Notes: generated by a model not told the origin, from the sequence alone. Shown: positions 45,866 through 54,817, numbered from the stretch's first letter. The stretch is DNA of 64,000 nt from Patescibacteria group bacterium (GCA_030837625.1 JAUPKF010000004.1:1075-65074); one strand, 5' to 3'. A program made the numbers and translations.

Positions 45866-46966
45866 CTATTCAGCCAGTTCTTTTTCAACCATTTCCTTCA
45901 GCTTATCCGCGTCAACCGCGCCGGACTCGAAGTTTTCTCCCGCGAAAATCGCCGGGGTGCCGGAAATTCCGAAATCAGCCGCTTCTTTTTTGTCCGCGTC
46001 GATTTTAGCCTGGTATTTCTTGCCGTCGAGACACTCGTTGAATTTTCCGGTTTCCAGCCGCAAATTTCCGGCATAAGTTTTAAAAAGGGAAGTATTCGTC
46101 GCCTTACTCCAATCATTCTGTTTGTCATAAAGAATATCGGCGTATTCCCAAAATTTCCCTTGTTCCTGGGCGCAAGCCGCCGCCAAGGCCGCTCCGTTAG
46201 CTTGCGGATGGATGCTGTCCAAAGGAAATTCCTTAAAAGCGAACTGGGCTTTTTCGGAATACTGATTCATCACGTCGCGCAGGGATTTGTAGAAAACTTT
46301 GCAATAAGGGCACTGAAAGTCAGAGAAAACCACAATTTTCGCCTTGGCGTCTTTATTCCCGAAAACCGCGTCTCCCTCTCTAATTTCCGGAACAGCCAAG
46401 TATTTTCCGGTCGGAATACCTAACTCCTGCGTTTTCAAAACAAACTTTCCGTCTTTTTCTTCAAAAAGAGGTTGGGCTTGGGCATAGAAATCTGTTTTGG
46501 CAATATCATCCGAAAAAACAAAAGCTGGCAAAGATTTCAAGCCGAATTTTTCTTCCAACATCTTGCCCTCTTCGGAATCAAACGCCACCTTTTCTGCCGC
46601 CACGGTCGGAAGCACCCGCCGCATCCAAACCAAAACCTCGCTCACATCGCACTTCTCGCAAGCGTCATCATTGATGATTTTCACCGAAACAGCCGGCTCG
46701 CTATAAGCCACCCAAGTCTTTCCGTCAGCTTCAAAAACATCCGACTTGTTGAGATTCTTGGCGGAATATCCGCTGCCTTTTATAAGTTGCGCGACATCGA
46801 CAAACAAGCTGCCGATAAAAAGACCGGCCAAAAGTATGGCGACCGATGTTAAGTTTTTGATTTTTTTATTGTCAGATTCGCAATTGCAGTCACTTCCGCA
46901 TTCGCAATCCTCATCATGCTTTGGCGCCCCACTTTCATTTTGCTCGACTTTGTTGGTTTCTTCCAT
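45866..46966 (-). CDS. Membrane-anchored DsbA-like thiol:disulfide oxidoreductase
   Basis: N-terminal Cys-rich tail plus TM, then a thioredoxin fold with active site CPYC (FSDFQCPYCKVF). Confidence 0.75.
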   Translation of the reverse strand: MEETNKVEQNESGAPKHDEDCECGSDCNCESDNKKIKNLTSVAILLAGLFIGSLFVDVAQLIKGSGYSAKNLNKSDVFEADGKTWVAYSEPAVSVKIINDDACEKCDVSEVLVWMRRVLPTVAAEKVAFDSEEGKMLEEKFGLKSLPAFVFSDDIAKTDFYAQAQPLFEEKDGKFVLKTQELGIPTGKYLAVPEIREGDAVFGNKDAKAKIVVFSDFQCPYCKVFYKSLRDVMNQYSEKAQFAFKEFPLDSIHPQANGAALAAACAQEQGKFWEYADILYDKQNDWSKATNTSLFKTYAGNLRLETGKFNECLDGKKYQAKIDADKKEAADFGISGTPAIFAGENFESGAVDADKLKEMVEKELAE

Positions 46967-47189
46967 AAAAGTTATCGGTTCTTTTGCCCCTCCGCAAAAT
47001 TTCCGAAAAAAATATTTATATGTTTATAAGGACTTACGCGTTTGCCTCGGAACGTCGAGTCCATGAAGGCTCAAGATAAGATAGATATTTCTAGAACTGC
47101 GCAATATTGGAGTATGCGACTGTAGAAAACAAACCTTCGGCCGGAATCACGAGACGAGACGAGACAGACGCGTAAGTCCGCTAAAAAAA

Positions 47190-47564
47190 TTATTCTTGTA
47201 CGGCTGGCGCTTCTTCATTCAAATCTTCGACATTCTCTTCGCTTTGCTTTTGCGCTTCGGCGTTCTTTTCGATCACCTCCGCTTGCAATTTATTAATATC
47301 ATAATCCTGCCGCGCGATTTTCATTTTATAATCGTCATATCCGATCACCAAACGCTTGGCGGCTTCGTTTTTAACAGCCACTCCGATCAAAATTCCCAAA
47401 ATCAAAAACAAAACCAACTCAACATAAAAATCCATCTTTCTTTTTTTTCGAGGAGCCTTTTCGGTTTCCTCGACAACTTCAAAAGTTTCCCCCTCCAGAA
47501 TTTTATTCTCCTCGTCCATAGTTATTATATATGCTAAAAAATTTTTAAAAGCATTGATTCGCAT
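47190..47564 (-). CDS. Small membrane/coiled-coil protein
   Basis: 124-aa ORF. TM FYVELVLFLILGILIGVAV. Possible alternative start at MDEENK (47519). Confidence 0.45.
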   Translation of the reverse strand: MRINAFKNFLAYIITMDEENKILEGETFEVVEETEKAPRKKRKMDFYVELVLFLILGILIGVAVKNEAAKRLVIGYDDYKMKIARQDYDINKLQAEVIEKNAEAQKQSEENVEDLNEEAPAVQE

Positions 47565-47639
47565 GTCCCGCGTTCGTAGTACGGGTTCGCGATCCGCCTT
47601 AGGCGGAAAGCGAATAACTGGATTCTACCACACTAAAAA

Positions 47640-47668
47640 AACCCGCACAACTTGCGGGATTTGGGAAA
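47640..47668 (-). terminator. Intrinsic terminator (second of a tandem pair) downstream of the 47840..48259 gene
   Basis: Minus strand cccgcaagttgtgcggg followed by TTTTTTTAG. Confidence 0.7.
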
Positions 47669-47697
47669 TGTGGGGTAATAAAAAAAGGCACGGAAGC

Positions 47698-47725
47698 CTG
47701 TGAAGGCAAAAGTTTTATTCCTGCG
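47698..47725 (-). terminator. Intrinsic terminator (first of a tandem pair)
   Basis: Minus strand cacaggcttccgtg followed by CCTTTTTTTTATT. Confidence 0.55.
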
Positions 47726-47839
47726 CCAGAACGAGCTCATTCTGAACGCAAGAATTCAACTTTTCCGTACCTGTAGGTCTCGAAGCGGGCGCGCCTACGC
47801 GTCAACCCTTGCGCTCCACTCGACCGAGGAGTTGGCGAA

Positions 47840-48259
47840 CTAATACTCATCCCCGCAATGCGGACACTCCTCGAATCCACAGGAGCATTTCTGTCCAGTA
47901 TTTATGGATTTCACACTCTCTCCGCAACGTTCCTTGTCCAGCCCCAGTATGCGAATCTCCTCCGCAGTGAGTTTCTTCAGCGCCCTTTCTCGAACACTCT
48001 CGATGGTCTTTGCTTCATCGTCAAGTCGGATTTCTTTGCCAATAAGGTAGCCGGTTTTCCCATCTCGAGTAAGAACGAAAACGGGCTCCACATAGCCATC
48101 TGCCCCAAAGAAGCCTTTGCCGCGACCCTTTTCTGTAGCAAGATCCTTATCCGTAAAGTATCCAGCTACCTCTGATCCGGTTTCTCCTGTGGACAAAGAA
48201 AGCTCAAACCACATTTCAACACGACATCCTGCCAAATCTTCGCTGAGCATTATTTCCAT
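47840..48259 (-). CDS. Hypothetical protein with C-terminal zinc ribbon
   Basis: 139 aa ending CSCGFEECPHCGDEY. AAAGGAGAA RBS. Higher GC than neighbours. Confidence 0.55.
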   Translation of the reverse strand: MEIMLSEDLAGCRVEMWFELSLSTGETGSEVAGYFTDKDLATEKGRGKGFFGADGYVEPVFVLTRDGKTGYLIGKEIRLDDEAKTIESVRERALKKLTAEEIRILGLDKERCGESVKSINTGQKCSCGFEECPHCGDEY

Positions 48260-48263
48260 TTTT

Positions 48264-48464
48264 TCATTCTCCTTTTAGATGTTTCAGCATTTTATCCGTA
48301 TCGATACGGACAGTTCTACCTTTAGGCTCCTCGCTTTTGGCAACGACCCCCTCGCATTCATTAAACGCCTGGCGAAGCCGCGAAGGATCCGTCACGCCAA
48401 AGCAAGACCCTTTGTTTCCGACTAGTTTCCTCAAACAGCGTATAATATCTTCCAAAGTAAGCAT
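48264..48464 (-). CDS. Small Cys-rich protein (66 aa; ORF-track frame extends to 48620)
   Basis: Preferred start MLTLEDIIRCL..., preceded by AAGGGGGC. CxGxTD...NECEG pattern. 4 nt upstream of the next gene. Confidence 0.4.
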   Translation of the reverse strand: MLTLEDIIRCLRKLVGNKGSCFGVTDPSRLRQAFNECEGVVAKSEEPKGRTVRIDTDKMLKHLKGE

Positions 48465-48642
48465 ATTGCCCCCTTCTCTGCAACATCTTAGTAAATATTC
48501 AAAATAAAAAGAGCAGCCCTCCTTATCGCAAAGGCTCCTCCCGCCCATACGTGATGCTACTTTACAGACATCCGCCTCAAAAATCAAGTCTTTTAAGAAA
48601 CACCTGCAAACACAATCCAATCAAAAACCGTCTTTGATTCAT

Positions 48643-49173
48643 TTACTTCGCCTTCTTATCTTTCTCTATAATGTCTTTTAATTTGAAAGGGGACATTGTC
48701 AGCACGAAAAGATCGGCAAATATATTGGCTGAATTCAGAATTTTTTTATCCCTCGGAATAACTTGCCAATGGATATGTCTGACTGAAGCTCCCGCGTTTT
48801 TGCCTAGGTTAAGTCCGACATTGAAATCATTGGTGTTAAACATTTCTCCAAGCTTTTTAAGCGTTCCTTCCAGCACTTCAAAAAATTCTCCTCTTTCCTC
48901 TAGATTCAAATCGCGTACGGATTCCACGTGTCTTCGGGTAATAATCATAAGATTGCCATCCATATATGGATATCTATTTACAATCACCGCCCAATTCTTT
49001 CCTCCCAACGATTTACATTCTTGGGATTTCAAATTCGACAAGTCGCAAAACGGACATTTTTTCGTTTGAGTGATTTTTTTCCTATAGGACAACCGCCCCG
49101 TTTCCAAAACTTTAATTTTCATGTTTTTAAAAGTCAGCCCCGCGGAATGTGTTTCTTTTTTAGCGAGTCGCAA
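48643..49173 (-). CDS. HIT-family (histidine triad) nucleotide hydrolase/transferase
   Basis: Histidine triad HIHWQVIP. N-terminal CPFC. Confidence 0.7.
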   Translation of the reverse strand: MRLAKKETHSAGLTFKNMKIKVLETGRLSYRKKITQTKKCPFCDLSNLKSQECKSLGGKNWAVIVNRYPYMDGNLMIITRRHVESVRDLNLEERGEFFEVLEGTLKKLGEMFNTNDFNVGLNLGKNAGASVRHIHWQVIPRDKKILNSANIFADLFVLTMSPFKLKDIIEKDKKAK

Positions 49174-49282
49174 TACCCTGCGCCATTTACCGAGATGGTT
49201 TTAATCTTAGAGGTACGTAATCAATTACGTAATCGGTTACTTACCCCTCCATCCTACCCCAAAACCGTCCGTTTGACAAAAA

Positions 49283-49310
49283 ACAGCCCGCCTCGGACTG
49301 TTTCTTCGCA
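49283..49310 (-). terminator. Intrinsic terminator of the Fic gene
   Basis: Minus strand acagtccgaggcgggctgt followed by TTTTTTG. Confidence 0.65.
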
Positions 49311-49411
49311 CGGGGCTATGGATACGACCCGTAACAATATTTTGGAAAATTGGGATAGGGTTGAGGTGAGATTAGAGCGTGCAAGGGTATTGATAAAAAT
49401 TCCATAGCTTT

Positions 49412-50401
49412 TTATTTCCGCATTCTTTTGCGACTATCTAGATATCTTTTTAATGCATCTTTGGAAGAAAGCCAATTGCGCCCTTCTTTATGCGCCTCCA
49501 ACCTTCCAATGCGTGCCAATTTATTCAAATATTTTTCTGTAAATTTTGATTCCTTAGCCAAATCAGCGAGCGGAATAAATTTTTCATTGCCCTTCTTGCT
49601 TGGCATTAAAATTTTCAGATAGATATCCAGCGTTCTTTCCACTGCTCGGGCAATGAAATTCACAAAATCAGCATACTCGCCTTTATCAGCTGCTGACAAT
49701 GTTTGGTAATATCTTTTGCGATCATTTTTTAGAACAATCACCAACGGAAATCCTGCCTGCATCAGGATTATATTCATAACCAAGCGCGATGTTCTACCGT
49801 TGCCATCGAAAAATGGATGGATGTATACTAATTTGTGATGCAAAATGCCAGCCAGCTCAACTGGATGCATTTTTTTCTTATTATCCCCCACCCAATCAAT
49901 CAGGTTTCGCATAAGCCTCGGGATTTCTAGCGCTTCCGGCGGCTTGTTATCCGCGCCGCCAATAATCACACCGCTATTTCTATATCTTCCCGCCCACTCC
50001 TTATCAATATTCTGTTGCACTATTTGATTAAGTGATCGGATCAAGCTTTCCGAAAAAGTATTTTTTTTATCCTTTTCAATTAAGTCATAAAGATATTCCA
50101 AGGCTTCCTGGTGATTCTTAGCCTCTAGATGATCTTTGAGCGGTTTGCCCTTGATAGTCATTCCCTCATTTATTACCAGATAGGTTTCCTTAAGTGTCAA
50201 ACTATTACCCTCAATTGCATTGGAGTTATAGGTCATTTCAATTTCAAATTGCTCCTTGAGTTTGGCAACTGCCGACACTGGCAATGGACGAAAAGAATTG
50301 AGCAAGGCCAATTTATCATCGATCCTTTTTTGAATGTTTTTGTCTAAATATTGCATATATTTCTTAAGGTGGTTTAGGTTGATATTTACAGTATACCGCA
50401 T
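49412..50401 (-). CDS. Fic/Doc family protein (putative AMPylase)
   Basis: Canonical Fic motif HPFFDGNGRTSRL. 329 aa with a C-terminal winged-helix-like tail. Confidence 0.85.
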   Translation of the reverse strand: MRYTVNINLNHLKKYMQYLDKNIQKRIDDKLALLNSFRPLPVSAVAKLKEQFEIEMTYNSNAIEGNSLTLKETYLVINEGMTIKGKPLKDHLEAKNHQEALEYLYDLIEKDKKNTFSESLIRSLNQIVQQNIDKEWAGRYRNSGVIIGGADNKPPEALEIPRLMRNLIDWVGDNKKKMHPVELAGILHHKLVYIHPFFDGNGRTSRLVMNIILMQAGFPLVIVLKNDRKRYYQTLSAADKGEYADFVNFIARAVERTLDIYLKILMPSKKGNEKFIPLADLAKESKFTEKYLNKLARIGRLEAHKEGRNWLSSKDALKRYLDSRKRMRK

Positions 50402-50484
50402 TAAGAAAATCTGTCAATCGAACACGCGATTTTGCTTTAGCAGAAAGCAAAACAGCCTCCGTCGAGGAGACTGCTTCAAGTATG

Positions 50485-50556
50485 CACGGGATGCAGGAAT
50501 CGAACCTGCGTCGCCGGTTTTGGAGACCGGCATAATAGCCACTATACGAATCCCGC
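50485..50556 (-). tRNA. tRNA-Trp (anticodon CCA)
   Basis: Minus strand GCGGGAT...CCGGT-CTCCAAA-ACCGG...GCAGG-TTCGATT-CCTGC-ATCCCGT. The D-stem is weak (3 bp). Confidence 0.75.
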
Positions 50557-50733
50557 CCGCCGCATTTCCTTTTGATATTAAATCAATAATACTTTGTCGA
50601 TAGATAATCCATAATCGGGGAGTAATAACTTCATATATCGTTAGGAAATGCCGCGGGCACGCCCATATTATCAAAAATGCAGGCACGCCCGAAATCCATA
50701 AATTAGGCAAACTTTTTTGCCTTATGAACTTTC

Positions 50734-50889
50734 CTACTTCACCTCTTTATGATTTACATGCTTTTTGCATTTCTTGCAAAACTTTTTCATTTCCAGCTTT
50801 TCCTTGAGCTTTTTCTTATTTCTGGATGTGAAATAATTGGTAGTCTTGCAAACTTCGCACCTCATTTTGACTAGATTTTCTCGCGCCAT
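50734..50889 (-). CDS. rpmG: 50S ribosomal protein L33
   Basis: 51 aa [51 protein letters not shown] with the CxxC...CxxC zinc ribbon. Below the ORF-track size cutoff. The tRNA-Trp then rpmG arrangement is conserved. Confidence 0.8.
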   Translation of the reverse strand: MARENLVKMRCEVCKTTNYFTSRNKKKLKEKLEMKKFCKKCKKHVNHKEVK

Positions 50890-50904
50890 AACAAAATAGT
50901 ATCA

Positions 50905-51004
50905 GGTATTATGTATAAAGTATAAAGTATCGCTCAAAAGCAATCTCCATACAACTCCATACATTATACTTTCTACATTATACTTTATACTTTATACTTT
51001 ATAC
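50905..51004. repeat. AT-rich heptamer-array inverted repeat between rpmG and tRNA-Thr(GGT)
   Basis: Left arm tgtataaagtataaagtat, right arm atactttatactttatactttatact (four copies of atacttt). The arms are reverse complements. Confidence 0.7.
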
Positions 51005-51011
51005 TTGCCTG

Positions 51012-51084
51012 AGCCGTTGTCCGGAATCGAACCGGAGACCTACTCCTTACCATGGAGTTGCTCTACCAGCTGAGCTACAACGGC
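51012..51084 (-). tRNA. tRNA-Thr (anticodon GGT)
   Basis: GCCGTTG-TA-GCTC-AGCTGGTA-GAGC-A-ACTCC-ATGGTAA-GGAGT-AGGTC-TCCGG-TTCGATT-CCGGA-CAACGGC-T. Confidence 0.85.
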
Positions 51085-51187
51085 CTGCCAGATTTGCTCA
51101 CTTCATTATCTAGTTCCAACCATTCGAATTAAATAAACCCGAATTATTGGTTAATACTGTTTAAAAAAAATAAGCAAATCATGCAGG

Positions 51188-51270
51188 TGGGCCGGGCAGG
51201 ATTCGAACCTGCGAAGCCTTACGACGGCTGATTTACAGTCAGCTGCGATTGACCACTCCGCCACCGACCC
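51188..51270 (-). tRNA. tRNA-Tyr (anticodon GTA)
   Basis: GGGTCGG...GCTGA-CTGTAAA-TCAGC plus a 14-nt variable arm, T-arm GCAGG-TTCGAAT-CCTGC, acceptor CCGGCCC. Confidence 0.85.
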
Positions 51271-51381
51271 AACTTCATGCAACATAAAGCATGAAACATA
51301 AAACACAATTCCGATTCTATATTAACATTCTTCTTACAAAAAAACACTCCAGCGTTTCCACATCGCATGATTAACAAATCC

Positions 51382-51581
51382 GAGCCGGCTGTCAGACTTG
51401 AACTGACGACCTTCATTCACCCCGCACCACTTGCCGATGAGCCGAAGATCGGACTTGAACCGATAACCTTCACTTTACAAAAGTGTTGCTCTACCATTGA
51501 GCTACTTCGGCAAATGGTGCGGGGCAAGCAAAAGTGTTGCTCCCTGCCTGCCGGCAGGCAGGTACCACTGAGCTAAGCCGG
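51382..51581 (-). other. Split or interrupted tRNA-Thr-like gene enclosing tRNA-Thr(TGT)
   Basis: Minus strand 51581 to 51511 reads GCCGGCT-TA-GCTC-AGTGGTA-[cctgcctgccggcaggcagg]-GAGC-A-ACACT-TTTG..., a tRNA 5' half with a 20-nt perfect palindrome in the D-loop. Minus strand 51411 to 51382 reads AGGTC-GTCAG-TTCAAGT-CTGAC-AGCCGGC-T, a matching T-arm and 3' acceptor. A 10-bp helix CCCCGCACCA/TGGTGCGGGG flanks the embedded tRNA. Confidence 0.45.
51439..51510 (-). tRNA. tRNA-Thr (anticodon TGT), nested inside a split tRNA-like locus
   Basis: GCCGAAG-TA-GCTC-AATGGTA-GAGC-A-ACACT-TTTGTAA-AGTGA-AGGTT-ATCGG-TTCAAGT-CCGAT-CTTCGGC-T, with one A-A mismatch at the base of the anticodon stem. Confidence 0.75.
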
Positions 51582-51595
51582 CAGCATGAGAAATA

Positions 51596-52294
51596 TTATC
51601 TCCCCAACATCCTCTCCAGCTTTCGCATCCGGCTTCTCGCCCCGATGTTTCCGGGAGAAAGTTTCATCACCTGCTTGTAACATTCCTTGGAATGATCGTA
51701 ATTGCCGATTTCAAAATAATATTCCCCCAGCCTCTCATAAGCTTCCACGTCTTTCGGATTGGCCGCAATTCTTTCGATAAGAATTTTCTCCAATTGGCCT
51801 TTCATTTCCGCTTTTGGCATAACAACTTCTTCGCTTAATGTCGGCCGTATAAACCTTCCCTCTAAATCCATTTCCGAACCTTTGTTCCTGTCCTCCGTTT
51901 CGTCATTTGCTTTCTCCAGTCCATAATTTCTGACTTTTTCCAAAAGATTATCTTCTTGGCTGCTTCCTTCTTTTTTAGCTGTTTCTTCCGCGATTTCTTT
52001 TCTTCTTTTTTTTCTTAATACTTCATTCCAAGCGGAAAAAATGTTTCCCAATCCTACAAACCCCGATCGCAATTTTCCAATTATTTTTTCTAAAACAGCC
52101 AGCATTTTTCGCTTAAATCCAATCCGACCTAAAAATGAAACGCGTCCTCCAGCCGACTGGCGGGATGTTTCATTTTCAAAAGTTTCCGTTCTTTCAACTA
52201 TCCGCGCCACATCCGGAGCCTTTTTTATCAAAAACAATATTATTCCAACAAGACTGAGAACTACTAAAACCGGTGGTATTAATGAGTACGCCAT
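51596..52294 (-). CDS. Membrane-anchored TPR-repeat protein
   Basis: N-terminal TM. C-terminal TPR-like helices (AYERLGEYYFEIGNYDHSKECYKQVMKLSP). Confidence 0.55.
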   Translation of the reverse strand: MAYSLIPPVLVVLSLVGIILFLIKKAPDVARIVERTETFENETSRQSAGGRVSFLGRIGFKRKMLAVLEKIIGKLRSGFVGLGNIFSAWNEVLRKKRRKEIAEETAKKEGSSQEDNLLEKVRNYGLEKANDETEDRNKGSEMDLEGRFIRPTLSEEVVMPKAEMKGQLEKILIERIAANPKDVEAYERLGEYYFEIGNYDHSKECYKQVMKLSPGNIGARSRMRKLERMLGR

Positions 52295-52300
52295 AGCTTA

Positions 52301-53074
52301 TTATCTGATATCCTCTTTTTTTATAATTATGTATTCTCCCTTTTCAGTCTTGATTTTTATAGTCTGGCTGACCGCGTTAATTTCTACTACCGTCCCTCTG
52401 CCTTCCCGAGTCCCGACTACGCTATACATCTCCGGCATTCCCTCCATCATCTGTTTATACTGTTGGGCTTCATAAGCCAAACAACACATCAGTCTCCCAC
52501 ACAGCCCCGATATTCTCTCCGTCCCCCGGTGAGCGATTTGCTGAACTCTTGCCATATCGGTGGTAATGCTTTGGAGACTTCCACTAAAGTTGCTGCAGCA
52601 AAGAGACCTTCCGCAAACTCCATATCCGCCCAATTTTCTCGCCTCGTCTCGCGAACCAATTTGCTGCATACGAACCGCTTTTTTCAAATCACGGGAAAGA
52701 TCCTTTACCAATTCCCGGAAATCAATCCGCCCGTCAGCTGTGAATGTAAAAATTACCTGTTTACCATCAAGACTGATTCTGGCATCCACCATTTTCATTT
52801 CAAGATCATGTTTCTTAACAGCTTCTTTGCATTTTTCAATCAACTCTTCTTTATATTTTTCATTCTCAAAAAACACTTCCTTATCTTTGGTTGTAGCCAC
52901 TCTCAAAATTTCTCCGGAGATATCATCCTTTGAAGAAACTCTGGTTTCTTCTACCACTCCCAATTCGCTGGCATACGGCGTAACCGCAACCACCTTATCT
53001 CCCTTACCGACTTCCAAATTGCTGGAATAAATTCCAGGATCTTCCCAAGAATATAACCTAACTAAAACTTTCAT
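52301..53074 (-). CDS. PSP1 C-terminal domain protein (RicT/YaaT-like)
   Basis: Conserved Cys pattern GVCGRSLCC...CGRLMCCL characteristic of RicT/YaaT. Confidence 0.8.
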   Translation of the reverse strand: MKVLVRLYSWEDPGIYSSNLEVGKGDKVVAVTPYASELGVVEETRVSSKDDISGEILRVATTKDKEVFFENEKYKEELIEKCKEAVKKHDLEMKMVDARISLDGKQVIFTFTADGRIDFRELVKDLSRDLKKAVRMQQIGSRDEARKLGGYGVCGRSLCCSNFSGSLQSITTDMARVQQIAHRGTERISGLCGRLMCCLAYEAQQYKQMMEGMPEMYSVVGTREGRGTVVEINAVSQTIKIKTEKGEYIIIKKEDIR

Positions 53075-53179
53075 AAATAATTACTCGCTAAAGTAGAACT
53101 AATTTAAGCGAATAGAAGCGAATTTGCTAAAAATAATTAGCTCGCATTCGCTTTCGTTCGCTCGGCTTTCGCGAGTCTG

Positions 53180-53761
53180 TTACAGTTCCATTCTTGAAAA
53201 TCCTCCAACCTGGATATTCTCTCCAATCTTGGCAATTTTTTCCGCGATCAAGTCGGCAATCGTTTGGTCGGGATTTTTCACATAAGCCTGCGTCATAAGA
53301 GAAACTTCCGCCCTATATTTCCTCTCTTTCCCTTCCATTATTTTTGCTATAATTTCTTTCGGCTTTTCTCCCTCCTGGGACACTTGCGCCATCCAAATTT
53401 CCCTTTCCTTTTCCAATTCTTTTTCGGAAACATCTTCCGGTTTTAGATACTTCGGATTCATAGCGGTAATATGCATGGCAATATCTCGCGCCAATGACTT
53501 GAACTCTTCGTTCCTAGCCACAAAATCCGTCTCACAAAGAAGTTTCACCATCGCCCCCACCCTTTCATTGGAATGAACATATGCCGTCACCATTCCTTCA
53601 CTGGCAGTTCTTTCAGACTTTTTAATAGCTTTTTCTTTGCCTCTTTTTCTCAGTATTTCAATGGCTTTGGCCTCATCGCCGGAAGCCTCTTCCAACGCTT
53701 TTTTCACCTCCACGATACCCGCTCCGGTTTGCTCTCTTATTTTTTTTATCTTATCTAACAT
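53180..53761 (-). CDS. tsf: Elongation factor Ts (short form)
   Basis: N-terminal UBA-like KIKKIREQTGAGIVEVKKALEE, then the dimerisation core. Confidence 0.9.
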   Translation of the reverse strand: MLDKIKKIREQTGAGIVEVKKALEEASGDEAKAIEILRKRGKEKAIKKSERTASEGMVTAYVHSNERVGAMVKLLCETDFVARNEEFKSLARDIAMHITAMNPKYLKPEDVSEKELEKEREIWMAQVSQEGEKPKEIIAKIMEGKERKYRAEVSLMTQAYVKNPDQTIADLIAEKIAKIGENIQVGGFSRMEL

Positions 53762-53779
53762 AGGGTTAAATCAAAAAGT

Positions 53780-54646
53780 TTATTTTTCTTTATTTGTTTC
53801 CGGTTTTGCCGTTTCGGCCGCAACTCTGCTTTTTCCTTCCAATACCGCTTTTGCTATATACGACAACATTATCTTCAAAGAAGAAACGGCATCATCATTG
53901 GCCGGAATCGGATAATCTACGCCTTTGAGATCAGCGTTAGAATCAACCAAGGCGACCACCGGTATCCCCCGGCTGGCGGCCTCCTTTATAGCCAACGAAT
54001 CTTCGATTGTTCCGGCTACGAATACCGCGCCCGGAAGCTTTCTCATTTCCTTGATTCCTCCCATTTTCTTTTCCAGTCTTTCCAGTTCCTGAGCTATCTT
54101 CATTTTCTCAAACTTGGTATATTTGGCAAACTCTCCCTTTTCCATCTTCTCCTGACTCTCCCGCAAAAATCTTGCTCTCTCTGAAAGAACTTTGAAATTG
54201 GTAAACGTTCCTCCCAGCCATCTCTCCTTCACATAGGGCTCCTTGCAAACTTTAGCTGCCGCTTCCACTAAATCTTTAGCTTGCTTTTTCGTCCCCACAA
54301 AAAGGATCTCCTCGCCCCCAGCCGCTTTCTCCGAAATAAATTCCATCGCTTCCTTCAGTTTCTCTACGGTCTTTTGAAGATCGATTATGCTGATGTTCTT
54401 TCTGACAGCGTAGATATATTCGTCCATCCGGGGATTTTTTCGAGACTTGCTGTGTCCGAAATGGACCCCGCTTTTAAACATATCCTCGATATTAACTGCC
54501 AACTTTGAAAAATCAAGATTGGCAAAATAGTCCTCGTGAACCGTCACGGAACTCTTCACGGAATTGCTTTCCGCCTGTGTCTTCTTTTCTTCCATTGTTT
54601 TTCCTTTAATTATTATTTCGCCTTTTTCCGCCTTACCAGCGGACAA
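53780..54646 (-). CDS. rpsB: 30S ribosomal protein S2 (with N-terminal extension)
   Basis: GVHFGH, DLQKT, IPVVALVDSN motifs. 45-aa N-terminal extension. Confidence 0.9.
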   Translation of the reverse strand: MSAGKAEKGEIIIKGKTMEEKKTQAESNSVKSSVTVHEDYFANLDFSKLAVNIEDMFKSGVHFGHSKSRKNPRMDEYIYAVRKNISIIDLQKTVEKLKEAMEFISEKAAGGEEILFVGTKKQAKDLVEAAAKVCKEPYVKERWLGGTFTNFKVLSERARFLRESQEKMEKGEFAKYTKFEKMKIAQELERLEKKMGGIKEMRKLPGAVFVAGTIEDSLAIKEAASRGIPVVALVDSNADLKGVDYPIPANDDAVSSLKIMLSYIAKAVLEGKSRVAAETAKPETNKEK

Positions 54647-54817
54647 GCGGCGAACCGCTACTTCTCATTTCCGGCTTTTTGATCCCTTTTTTCGAAAGGA
54701 CAGGACAAAGCCTGAAAAGTATGTGTTTTTCGTACCTGTTCAATATATCAATCTTTCCGCCCCTTGTCAATTTCCCTTCTCTATGCTAGATTGGTTTAGT
54801 ATACAAGCCATAAATTA

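Noticed and set aside
50414-50710. 98-aa minus ORF overlapping tRNA-Trp
   Set aside because: Overlaps a well-folded tRNA and the L33 downstream region. No RBS.
51382-51581. tmRNA interpretation of the split tRNA-like locus
   Set aside because: The interior holds a complete canonical tRNA rather than an mRNA-like tag reading frame and pseudoknots, and the length is far shorter than tmRNA.
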